Positions 37,181 to 49,808 of a stretch of 64,000 nt of DNA are shown here, in pieces. A program made the translations under genes and the position numbers. This DNA is from Entomortierella parvispora E1425. Taxonomy: Eukaryota; Fungi; Mortierellomycota. Each line of letters begins with the position of its first letter. Positions within the stretch are counted from its first letter, which is position 1. Below the pieces are notes generated by a model. It did not search any database. It was not told the DNA's origin and saw only the letters and a list, made by a program, of their open reading frames with translations. Where the stretch lies: the NCBI GenBank assembly GCA_020891255.1, contig BQFW01000015.1, positions 2,728,001-2,792,000 of the forward strand. Direction: 5' to 3'.

Positions 37181-40100
37181 TCAGTCCGAGGCGATCTCTC
37201 CTTCCTCCAGCTCGCCTTCTTCTCGTTCCGAAACATGGCCTGAAGCCTCAACAGGGGCCTTTGGCGTGGGCATTACAGTCGCGTCGACATCCATAGGTGT
37301 AACAGCCGGGGTCACCTCCTTTGCTTCTACCGACAACGGAGCAGCAGCGGAAGAGAGTGGCGGTAGCTTCGCATCTACTGTTGGTGCTGTCGTTGCCGTT
37401 GTTGTCGTTGTTGCCGTCGTCGTTATAGTAGGTGCAGGTGCCACTGGGGACGAGTGACTGCTTGCAGAAGTCGGCCGTTCAGCAGTACTTGCAAGAAGCC
37501 CCTCCTTTGGATGGGTTGATTCCGTAGGGGGAGCAAGCTTTACGGCCTTTGGCGCGCCAGAGACCGTGGACGTTGGTTCTGAATCGGTGACAGGCCGTTG
37601 GCTAGATCCAATGTTGCTAGAATGAGCAGGTACATTGGGGGATTGTGTGGCTCCTGAACTTCCAGCATCCTTCTCTGACCGGGATCTCCAAAACAGTCTG
37701 CTTACAACACAGAAAACCCCATCCTGCCGAGACTCGTCTTCCTCTGACAACAAGTTGTTACCGTTAGAATGAGTGGACCTTACGGTGTTCGCGAGCTGAT
37801 CCCCACCCTCGGCAGAAGAGGTTGCGTCGACACCTTCCATAACAGTGTCCTGCAGATTGAGGCTTTCTGCTGCAGTGGTAGAGCCCGACTGCCGCGTTTG
37901 TTTGGATCGCTGAGTCGGCTGAACGACAACTCCTCGCTCAACCCATTCGAAATCTTGCCAATCCAAGTCCTCATACAGAACTTCTACCAGGTCTGACGTG
38001 CCAAGAGGATAGCCTGCCTTGCTCCTGCTGGAAAGAGAAGTTCGAGGAGAGATGACTGCAAATCGATACTGATCAAAAACCCTTGATCCTGCGCCAGCCC
38101 GGTGTTGAAGTGAAATCTCGTACCGCTCTTCATCATTCTCCAAGATGAGTACTTCTGTCTTGAATCGCCAACTCGTCCACTTGTGCGACATGCCATCGTC
38201 TCTATCCATAACTAACTCTGGCGTATACTTGAAGCTGAAAAAAGCAGTGTCGTTAGCAACATTTCTATATTCTATTCCATAGCACGCAGTTACTGCGCAA
38301 ACCGAGTTTCTTCCGGAGCAGAGAACAAAAAATATTACCATGGGTCACCCTGGCGTGTAAATTCAAACGTGGCAGTCCTCATGGCTCGCTCGTTTTGTAG
38401 ACTCTCTGTGCTATCATCCTGTACATTCGTCAACACCCTCTGGCGCTCGACATCGTTTTCTTTGATGCGACGTTTGCTTTGGCTACGACCTCGATTAAGG
38501 GCTTCTCCCACTCCAAGCTTCTTTGTCGATTCGATCCGGAAGCTGACGCCATCATGTCCAGTATTCCAGGTTCGACTTTTGATACGATGGCGGATGGATC
38601 CCTGATAGCGAACAAGTTTTGGCAATACCCGCAATGTCACTGATAGATCATAGCTAGGGCATATATGTCTGATCGGGTTGGAAACAAAGTTGTGTCGTTG
38701 ACTTGTCGTGTCTGGAAGTTCAGTATCAGGGCTCTGCGGCTCAACAACCGGGATATACTGTCCAGAGTGAATCAGCACTAAAAGTAGAGGAAGTCAAGCC
38801 ATCGTCAGTACAAGTTCCAAGTATCCACAAGTTTCTCCTCGACGGTCAATACGCACTTGCTACGATGTCTGAATCATCAGTGTACACATCAGTTCCCCAA
38901 AGCTCCCGCTTTTGGACCTTGTAGTTATCATAGGTCAAGTAAGAGGATGCGACCCGCACTTCCAAAAGACAGTTTTCTTTGCCTTGCATGTCAGGTAGCA
39001 ACTGAGCCGGATCGTATCGGAAATATCCCAGAAAGTTTTCCTGCCGTCCCTCCATCTTCAAGTTTGGATCGTTCCTGACAATCAGACGTGGAGGTTTTCG
39101 CTCTGAACCATTGAGGGATGGCGACGACAACAGCGCACCGGACAAATGAGATTGAGCACCCATGGGGCCACTGGTAGGATAATTCAACGCCCCATTGAGT
39201 GTAGACTGATGGCCTGACACGAAGGGTGCGTTCTCAGTAAGTAGTGGTGGATGACCGGAGCTGTCCTGTCTACCATGAAGGATATGGTCCTGTCGACGGT
39301 GTACGACGTCTTGTTGGTGATGGTGAGAGGTCGGACTAGCAACTGAGCCAACACCTGGAAGTCTCTCCTTGCTAGAAATTTGAAGTCCATGGATTGGTTC
39401 TGGTAATGGCCGCATGCCTAAAGGTGAGGCGAGACGATGACGAGAGGGGGCATATCCGCTTACGCCTCCAGACTCCATGACTTCATCTGCAGGGAACTCT
39501 TTGGCAGACCCATTTCTAATTGCCGCAGGATCCTGACCGTGGAGAGGAGACTGAAGCGGTTCTGGGAAGGAGCGACCATACGAAGAATGCCGATCATGCA
39601 CTTGCCGACTGTCCTGTACTGAGTGATCATACATGTCTCTTTGGTAGGGTCCTGAGCTATGACTTGAGGTAGACCGATAGGCACCTGGTCCTGTGTTGGA
39701 AGATGAGGAGACGGGAGCTGTCGGCTTTGGAGGGGGGATCTGACTTGTAGGTGAAATGAGACCGGTTGCGGGCACAGGAGGAGAGTGGGTTGTGGAGCTG
39801 AAGCGGTCGAAAACGTTACTGGAGACTCCTTGGCGCTGGTCCATATCTTGATCTCCTGCGTCGTCCTCGTTATTAATCAAAAGCGCAGAAAGAGCCATGG
39901 TGCTACGTGGTGTATGTGCTGTGGTGCTCGTTTGATGTCCTTTAGTGACAACGCTGAGTGGCGGGAGAGTAGGAGGTGGGGTTGTCTTCTTTTGACTTGA
40001 GGGGGAGGTTTCTAAAGGCGCCTCAGGAGCATCGTCTTCCTCGTCCTTTGATGTGGAGTTTTGAGACTTCCCGGCAGAATCGATTAAGGCAGGGGCTGTC

Positions 40101-41330
40101 AAAGTTGTGGGGACTGCTTCTGTTGTCTTCATGTCCGTAGTCGATCCTGCTGAAGGCGACTGCACCGTTGTAGACTCGATGTTGGTCGTGCCCGAGCCAG
40201 CTACTTTGTCGGCACTGTCTGCTGGGTCCATTGTGACATCTGAGATCTCGGGTAACGCTGCTTCACTAGAAGTGGCCCTGGTCAGGACATCCTCTTTAGA
40301 CGCTGTCGCAGTATGGGTGTTAGATGGTTGAGGGGCCGATCCATTTTCAGGCCTATTTTCAATAGCTGTTGGTTCGGTGACACTGACATGATTGCTCTGC
40401 TGTTGATCCTCCACGACTGCGGATACTAAAGGTTGTGCTGTATCTTCGTGCGACTCTTCTGGCATGGGTTCAGTGCTGTTGGCTACGGTAGGCTCTGCAC
40501 TGGCTGCATCCTCTTTGGTAGATCCGGACGATTGGTCAGCCTCGTTCAACATTTCCAGAGTTGTGACCATGGGCTCAGATAGTGACGCCACCGCCAAAAC
40601 AGAGTCACTAGGGTTGGGAGCATCCTGTGCAGACTCTGGAGCCAACAACGCCTGGACCAGATCCTGTCCAGCAGCCTCGCCACCATGAGATTTTTCAATG
40701 GACTCATCTAATGGTCGATCAGTACAAAAGCTGCTGTTAGATTTCATTTTCGTGATAGATCGTTCTCCACAGCATATACGTCGCCTACCAGTTTGCTTTG
40801 GCGCCTCATCTTTTTCGCTTGCTTTTGCAACTACATCCTTGTTATTTTCGGGCACTGTCTCCACAGGTTGCACTGGGTCGTCAGCTAAAACAAATTGCAA
40901 CTGGAATATGAGCACGGATATCGAAAAAGTGAAGGCAGATCAAGCTGTCAGAGAGTATTCATTTACCTTTGGAGACATTGTCTTCATCCATTTGTTCCAT
41001 GGTACCAACCCACTCTGTGAGTCCTTTGCTTTCTTGGGATGGGTCAACCAGATCTGTCGAAGGAGAGTAGTCAGACCCGACCTTGTCGGCTTCTTTGGTC
41101 AACTTAAGACGTTTGTTGGTTTCGGTGCCATGAGTCAGGGTTTCCGCAATCATTGTCGCTGCGGTTCCAGAGGCGGGACTGGATAGTGTGGGTATAGGTC
41201 CATCTTTAGGTCCATCCACATCCATGGCTGTATCAGGATTCGAATTGATCACTTCTGCATTCTCAGACCCTGCTCCGATCAAAGCATCTGCTCCATGCTC
41301 ATCTTCATTGGGTCGTTTTCTGGAATCCAT
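37181..41330 (-). CDS. RXT3: Rxt3-domain protein (Rpd3L/Sin3 histone deacetylase complex) with very long disordered N-terminus
   Basis: LEVRVASSYL...RELWGTDVYTDDSDIVA|MLIHSG...DLSVTLRVLPKLVRYQGSIRHRIKSRTWNTGHDGVSFRIE; 3 coding introns. Confidence 0.88.
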
Positions 41331-42263
41331 CGCGGAGGAGAATTGATTTCAGGTCTATAGAATCAGCATTGCAAAAGAATTCTGGATGGTCAGCAACAGC
41401 ATAGCAGATGGCTCTATTGAAACGCCAAACACACACACGGCAGTCATGTCCTTGAGACAAGAGCTTGGCTGCTCGGCCATTTGGGCATCAAAAGCGCGCA
41501 TTACCCGGGGAAAGCCACTCTGGTCCAGAGATTTGGGCAAGTGAGGTTCTGTGCAGGGTGGGGAGGTGATTCTATTGTCAATTGGAGAAGGGTGTGCTTG
41601 TGTGTTGGAGCTCATGGACGGGCAGGACACGAAACTGCCACAGTTGATTGATGTCTGCTGGGTCGTCAGAAGCGTGGTCGCGGCGATGGTGGGAGAGAGT
41701 GGTAGGTCGTGCGCTCAACAGTGGAGGAGGAGAGACTCTCTGAAGACGAGTGGGGTTGATGGAGAGCAGGAATGGACAGAGCAGCCAAAGCAGATGCAGA
41801 ATGGAAGGAAGAGAGCAGGAGGGATGGAGTGAGAAAGAGAACAGACTGACGGACTCGCAGACGCGACATCGCACACGTGATGCTGTTGCTGCATTTGCGA
41901 TCATCATTTCTACAGAGACACGTTTTTTTTGTTCTGATGGAATCAACTTCTCTCAAAAAATGACACGATGCATTACATAAATGAACCCTGCTCTCTGCAG
42001 TTCAGCAAGGTCATAATATTGAAAAAGGAGTTTCTGGTTTGAAAAAAATCCGTTTAATGGTACAATTGTGGAGGAGGTATGAAGTACAAGTCGCTGAAGG
42101 AAGAGCTTACAGAATAAACATTCTGAAGAGAAATTAAAAGAGAACTACTAAACGACGACGCAAAGAGCTGCAGGACCAGATCCTGCTGTGCTGGTTGCTA
42201 AAATGAGGTCGGGCAGAGCTCTTGAGGTTCAAGTAAAGAGGGGATCGAGGGCTCTCTCTTTCT

Positions 42264-42665
42264 TTACATCTCCTGGGAGGCAGCGCCGCCCTTCTTGGTC
42301 TTCTTGGGCAAGAGCGAGTCGTGGATGTTGGGGAGGACACCACCCTGGGCGATGGTGACATGTCCGAGCAACTTGTTCAACTCCTCATCGTTACGGATGG
42401 CCAACTGCAAGTGACGGGGGATGATACGGGACTTCTTGTTATCGCGAGCGGCGTTACCAGCCAACTCGAGAATCTCAGCGGCCAAGTACTCAAGGACGGC
42501 AGCGAGGTAGACGGGGGCACCAGCACCAACACGCTGGGCATAGTTACCCTTGCGCAAGTGACGGTGAATACGACCGACGGGGAACTGAAGACCGGCCTTG
42601 GAAGAGCGGGAGGTCGAGTTCTTGGAAGCCGAAGCAGACTTGCCACCGGATTTGCCGCCAGACAT
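42264..42665 (-). CDS. HTA: Histone H2A (C-terminal SQEM phospho-motif)
   Basis: Intronless; [17 protein letters not shown]...[11 protein letters not shown]...SQEM. Confidence 0.99.
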   Translation of the reverse strand: MSGGKSGGKSASASKNSTSRSSKAGLQFPVGRIHRHLRKGNYAQRVGAGAPVYLAAVLEYLAAEILELAGNAARDNKKSRIIPRHLQLAIRNDEELNKLLGHVTIAQGGVLPNIHDSLLPKKTKKGGAASQEM

Positions 42666-43200
42666 TGTGATGTAGTTGTTGTTGGTTGTTGAGGATGAGT
42701 CCGAGTTGGAAATGAGAAAGAGTGATCAGAAGGGATCAATCAAAGAGCGAGAAGAAGTCGAGGTTGAGGGTAAGAGGAAGCAGAAAAGAAGAGACGGGAG
42801 GGAACCCCCGTCGCTCTCCTTTTATACCTCCCAGCAAGAAGGTGCTGGCGGGTGTGAACAGGCCGCCAAAAACGCGTCCACGACGAATTTGGTTTTTGGG
42901 CACCAAATTTGATGTTTTGGCCACCGCCCTTGCAATTGTGGAAAGGGGCGCGGCGATTTAAGGTAAGTGTGCCAAATTCGCGAACCTGTTTTCGTCAATT
43001 TGGCGGGACTCGTTAATTTGGGTCAATTTCGCAGGTGTACTTTTTGCACGCTCCGCCCCGCGCGTCCTTGGTCGCTGTATATAAACTGCGGCCTCTCCCA
43101 CTCGCAGCCACTTTCTTTTCCGTTTCCTCTTTTTTGTCTCTCACTCGTTACCGATCTTTCTACTCTCTTTCTTCAACCACCCCAACACTCTATATCAAAC
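42666..43200. promoter_or_regulatory. Bidirectional H2A-H2B promoter (535 bp)
   Basis: Lies between divergent ATGs; TATA-like boxes at about 42820 (-) and 43078 (+); ACGCGT at 42872; clustered CGAATTT/CAATTT motifs. Confidence 0.85.
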
Positions 43201-43611
43201 ATGCCACCAAAAGCCGTTGCCGAGAAGAAGCCTTCCACCGGAGGCAAGGCTCCCGCCAAGACTTCCGCCTCTGCTGAGAAGAAGGAGCGCAAGTCCAAGG
43301 CCGAGGGCGGCAAGGGACGCAAGAAGACTCGCTCCGAGACTTACTCTTCCTACATCTACAAGGTCTTGAAGCAGGTCCACCCCGATACCGGTATCTCCAA
43401 CAAGGCCATGTCTATCTTGAACTCCTTCGTCAACGATATCTTTGAGCGTATTGCCGGCGAGGCTTCCAAGCTCGCTGCCTACAACAAGCGCTCCACCATC
43501 TCCTCCCGCGAGATCCAGACTGCCGTCCGTCTCATCCTTCCCGGTGAGTTGGCCAAGCACGCCGTCTCTGAGGGCACCAAGGCCGTCACCAAGTACACCT
43601 CGTCCAAGTAA
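43201..43611 (+). CDS. HTB: Histone H2B
   Basis: Intronless; [25 protein letters not shown]...AVTKYTSSK. Confidence 0.99.
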   Translation: MPPKAVAEKKPSTGGKAPAKTSASAEKKERKSKAEGGKGRKKTRSETYSSYIYKVLKQVHPDTGISNKAMSILNSFVNDIFERIAGEASKLAAYNKRSTISSREIQTAVRLILPGELAKHAVSEGTKAVTKYTSSK

Positions 43612-44238
43612 ATCGACTCTGGATTTGCCCTTGGCCACTTCCAACCCTTGGGTCCAGGCCTGGCCTCGATTCGACCATGGAGAGCGCTCTTGGCCTTTCT
43701 ATCTGCTTCAATTGGTCTTGCGCCCTTGAACGACACCTGTTTTATAATCCCCCGACCCTCCCGTTCGTTTGTTTAATTAGTTCCAGTCAACCATCAACGT
43801 TCAGGATGGCAGTCAGCCTTTATCATTTCAACCCCCTCCAATTGTACATCATCCCGTTTTCTGTTTGTAGAAACAATAAATATCATAACCAGAATATCTT
43901 TCTCTTTGGATCATCGAATCCTCGAATCAACTGCCAATTGATAGCGCTTCACTTTCCTCTTGGAAAGAACGTTGGACAAAGATCAGTCAGCAGCGGTTCA
44001 TTACATTGGGTAAAAAAAAAAGGTCATGTCATTACTTGCCTGAATGAATGGAGTTTTTGATTTATTCCTGTCACTCATTGAACATGAATTGAACTTCTGC
44101 GTCCTTTCCTTTCTGGTCAAGCATGAAGGAATGATTCGAGTTTTCTTTTTGATGTATTTTTATTACAACCTGTTGGGTGAGAACAAGTCGGTTGAAAGTA
44201 CCAATCCTGACAATGGGGCGAGAAAATGAAAGAGACAT

Positions 44239-45404
44239 TTAAGCGACCAACTGGACGGCACCACCAACGGCCTTGATCTTCTGCTCAGCGGCACGGGAGA
44301 CATAGCGGGCCTTGACAATGACGGGCTGCTCAGGGAGGCGACCCTTGGCGAGGACCTTGCCGAATCCAGCACGGAGGGTGTCAATGACGGGGACGACCTC
44401 GGTGTTCTTGGCAGCGTTCTTGCGAGTCTGCTCGGAAACAAGGGTCCAGAGGGTGTCCAAGTTGACAATGGGGCAGTGCTGGCCGTTGCGGGTCAAGTGG
44501 AAGCGACGCATACCGACCTTACCGAAGTAACCGGGATGGTACTTGTCCATGTTGATGCGGTGATGGTGCTGACCACCAGCAAGACCACGTCCTCCGGGAT
44601 GCTTGCGGTGCTTGCCTGAAGTACAACGGTAAAAAAAAATAAAAAATGGTAAGTCGTTTGTTCGCTCAACCTGCTTGAGATCTCTGATGGTGCAGCTGTC
44701 AGGTTGAATCCATGTAGATTGTTGCTCGCCAAAACCAGATCCAGTGGTAAGATGTTCTGTGCTTTGCTGTCGGTTCACTGTTGGTCTGCATTTGGCGCAG
44801 GCAGGATAGTTTTTTGCTGGACTTCTTGGGACATCCGTGCAGCCAGAAAAAAGTAAATCGGCCTTTCCAGACTTTTTTCTGGCAGAGTAGGTTGATGTCC
44901 GTCGCCTCGAAACAGCAGCTGTCACGTTGACAAACTGTGAAGGAGCCCCTGTTGTACTGGTGTCGCTCTCATAGGTCAAAGGGTTGCTGTTGATGTCGGT
45001 CTCTGATCAGAGCCAATGAAAGGCAAAAAAATCACTGTCGGATGTGAATGGCGGCAATCACTTGAGCTTTCAGAGTTTTGATGTCCAATGAATCCATGCA
45101 GTCCTCTCATTGCGATAAGTGAAGACTCCAATGCCGGTCCTGAGAAAGTTCCTGGTCCTGTTGAGAATGCTTTCGTCTTTGGTCCATGTCTTTTTTGCGA
45201 GACTCACCAACACGACCGTGACCGGCACTGACGTGGCCGCGCTTCTTGCGGTTGTGATGCAGACGGGTAGGCTATCAAAAAGGACACAGGAGGGAATGTG
45301 AGCAGGGAGAATGAGATTGATGGTCATTCAATGCCGGATGCATGGATGGATGGGTCCAGTCATGCTGGATGGATGGTGGCTGGGATTCAACAAAAATGTA
45401 CCAT
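44239..45404 (-). CDS. RPL28: 60S ribosomal protein uL15 (L27a; yeast Rpl28)
   Basis: ATG-only exon 1, then [21 protein letters not shown]|[37 protein letters not shown]; intron 2 = 44616-45207. Confidence 0.98.
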
Positions 45405-45673
45405 ATTGTAGGATATGGAGAAGAGAGGGAACAAATCTTCTTGGGAGCAGAGACCAGATAACCCGAATCCGAAGCACGTGATGAAACTTCAAGATCGCAC
45501 ATGCTGCATTTGAACACGGTCGTTGCACCAGGAACGAACAGAGGTCCTTCGTTGGTTCCATCTGACTTTCAACTCTGCCTCCATCCATTCGCTTCATCTC
45601 CTTTTCTCTTCATCATCACTCGTATTCCTGCATACCCGCTTGCATTCTCTCCCACCCCCCTTTATATATCATA

Positions 45674-46725
45674 ATGTCCGCTGAAGCTATGGTCTTTTTG
45701 TTCGGCGTCATCGTCGGCGCCGGTCTTCTCTTTGTCAAGGTCTTCTTTGTATGTTCTCTCGAATCCCGACATTGACCTCTGTCTTGGCGCCTTCACACGC
45801 GCGCCCCATCTTACAATACTCGAGCTTTAGTATTCAATCCCTCTTGCAACCAATCGCTAATGCCACTTTTATTAATTCATGTAACAGGTCATTCTAATCA
45901 GCGATCTCGAGGTACGCATGACGTGATTGCTTTTTCGAGGCGGGGCTGTCTGTCAAGAAGATCATATGACGCATTTATCACGGTGTATTGACAATGGTCT
46001 GTCCGTTGAACACGTCTTGCATTCTTCTTTGTCAATATAGGTCGACTATATCAACCCTATCGAGCTTTGCAACAAGTTGAACCAGGTATGATTTTCACTA
46101 GTTATCATTGGACCGACTGCCCGTACTGAGAGCGATCTGATCATCACTTTTTCTGCCTCGTTACTAAGTTTTGGAATTTTCTAGTTTGTTCTCCCTGAGA
46201 TGGCTGTGCAGGCGTTCTTGACTACTGTCTTCTTGCTGAGCGGGCAATGGATGGCGACCGCCTGGAACCTCCCCCTTGTTGCCTACAACGCCAACAAGTA
46301 AGTGCTTCAGCCATTGGACTGCCAAAGCACATGGATCAATCTGGTGAAAATCTCGAGAACGATAGCGACGACCACAACAAGAGCAACAGGACAATCCTTT
46401 GGGCACTTGGCTGGAGAGCTTTGAAATGCCGACAGGGACTTCTTTTCGTTGGCTAATGGGAGCCTCTTTTGCGCACTGATTAGAATCATGAACGGAAAGC
46501 ACATGTTTGACGCAACAGAGATCTTCCGTACATTGGGCCAACATAAGAAGGAATGCTTCATCAAGCTTGGCTTCTACCTTCTCAGCTTCTTTTACTACCT
46601 CTACCGGTAAGTTGCATGACACACAAAGTCCTTCCATGGATTTTTTTTTTTTTTGAACATGTAGCTAATGCATCGTATGTTTATTCAAATACAGCATGAT
46701 CCTTGCCCTTGTCAACGACTCGTAA
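45674..46725 (+). CDS. ERV14: Cornichon/Erv14 ER cargo receptor
   Basis: SDLE|[14 protein letters not shown]|Q...LPE...NLPLVAYN...[10 protein letters not shown]...[14 protein letters not shown]; 5 introns including a 24-nt micro-exon. Confidence 0.95.
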
Positions 46726-46858
46726 GTCGTAGTACCAAGGACACTGGATCCCAAATATGATACATCGCCCCTGCTCCTCGCTGGGATGTGCGGTGCGATT
46801 AAATAAAGAAAATTTCTTTTCAAATACAATCCTCAGCTGCCGCATCAACATTGGTCTT

Positions 46859-47507
46859 TTATCTGATCAACTGGGATCGCATCCATTCGTCTGTCAAGGT
46901 TTCGGCATCCTGAATATCTACAACTTTGCCAAGGTTGACAGTGTTTTGAAAGTGGGTCTTGGCACTTGTGTACAGCCTAAAGTGTGTAAAGGGGTTGCAA
47001 TGATCAGCAATTGCCCCCTATGGTTTAAAAGGTGAGCTCCACAAGACTTACATGTTCAGTGCTGGTGATACACCCCGTGGTGTATATGAGATGAACACCA
47101 GGGGGTAAGATTGACGTCCATCATCGTGCTTCAGCTAGAAGAGAACAGGGCGATCCAGGTGAGTGAGTGTCCACAGCCAATATTGATACGGGATTTAAAG
47201 TCCACAATACCTCATAGCTCAGAACAACATATCGAGGCGTGTTCTCGGGGAGAAGCTCGGCCAAATCCTCCAAGCTGATTGAATCCTCATCCTCGTCTTC
47301 GACAACCAGGAGCCTGTCTTTGTCAATCTTGCCTATTCACGTCATCAAGAATGTCAGAGCGTTTCTGGAGAGACAAATGACATGAGAACCAGGGACATGT
47401 GACGTTTGTGTACAGATGAGGGCAGCATTCCCCTGTGAGCGCTTTGCAAAGCGGAAAGCCTCGATTTTCTTCACAAGGGCTGGATCGATCTCGCAGGTGT
47501 TTGACAT
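46859..47507 (-). CDS. GMF: Glia maturation factor (ADF-H domain; Aim7/GMF)
   Basis: MSNTCEIDPALVKKIEAFRFAKRSQGNAALI|CKIDK...LPENTPRYVVLSYE|LKHDDGRQSYPLVFI; 3 introns. Confidence 0.9.
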
Positions 47508-47809
47508 GATGTGTGGGCAAGGAGTGTATGAGGGGTTGATTCAAAAGAACCGAGTGAATGACGAGGGGTGGTGATCAAATTGAAAGACGCATGTCACGCG
47601 TGCACGTGCGACTTTTTTTTGGCACACTTTCATTACAGAAGTGGACGAAATGAAGGATCCAAATGTCAAAGAGAATATAGTGTAGTTTGCATGCATGTGC
47701 GTTTTTTATTCAGGTTCTGAACGTATCAGCATGTGTAGGAGATGATTAATGTTACAAAGGGGATTATAAAAACAAGAGAACAATATTTGCACAAGGGAGC
47801 AAGGACCGT

Positions 47810-49068
<1,259 letters not shown>

Positions 49069-49646
49069 GCGCTCGATCAAGATACCACAAGTCGTCGTTC
49101 GCATCCAAGCACACCATCCTCTCCGTCTCGTTTTCTTTTTCAAGTTACTCTGTATAGAACCTCTTCAGCACATGATGACAAGTCCTGTTGCTCACGCACA
49201 CTTCTAGCTTCATTGCCTTCCCTCCAAACAATCTAATCCCTCCGGGATCAACAGTCGACTCTGCCCGTTGCGCGCCTGTCCCTGGATTTGTAAAATAAAC
49301 AATCCTTTTGCCGACTGCAAAAGATGAACACTGCATTTTCAATTGTATTTTTTTTTCTTTGTTTCTTGTGCGTGTGGTCCTTGTAGGGAAGAGGGAACGA
49401 GAAGAGGACAAAGAGAAAATAGACTATTAGAAGAAAGAAAACAGGCGCCGGTAAGCCCCAGTAAAGAAGGGAAAGGTTAGTGGGATGAAAAAGGTTCTTG
49501 ATGGGAGTGGAGAGTGGAGCCTGCAGCTGTGGAAGGACAGACACACGGGGAAAATAGGGAAAAGATTTCGATCTGATAGCGAGCCAGGGGGGAATCAGGA
49601 ATCATGACTGGCTGGCTGGCAGTCTGACTGTCTCGCTGACTGATCT

Positions 49647-49651
<5 letters not shown>

Positions 49652-49684
<33 letters not shown>
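49652..49684. repeat. (GT)n microsatellite followed by a poly-T tract
   Basis: About 16 GT units upstream of the glutaredoxin ATG. Confidence 0.95.
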
Positions 49685-49687
<3 letters not shown>

Positions 49688-49808
49688 AGACCTTTTTTTT
49701 TTTTTTTTTTTTTCCTTCTTTCTTCTTTCTCCATCATTCATCCGTTCACCTCTTCATCTCCTTCCCTCCCTTCCTCACTCATTCGCCCGCTCGTCTCATT
49801 CTACGATA

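Noticed and set aside
43612-43760. Possible metazoan-type histone 3' stem-loop (palindromes CCAGGCCTGG, AGAGCGCTCT after H2B)
   Set aside because: No GGYYYTTYNNRRRCC consensus, and nothing comparable after H2A, H3 or H4.
44616-44979. About 120-codon N-terminal extension of uL15 in the ORF track
   Set aside because: It lies inside intron 2; the true N-terminus (M|[14 protein letters not shown]) is encoded by upstream exons.
44985-45008. AGAGACCGACATC resembling the complement of the LSU rRNA segment GAUGUCGGCUCU (C/D guide candidate)
   Set aside because: It needs a 1-nt insertion and has no CTGA box directly 3' of the guide.
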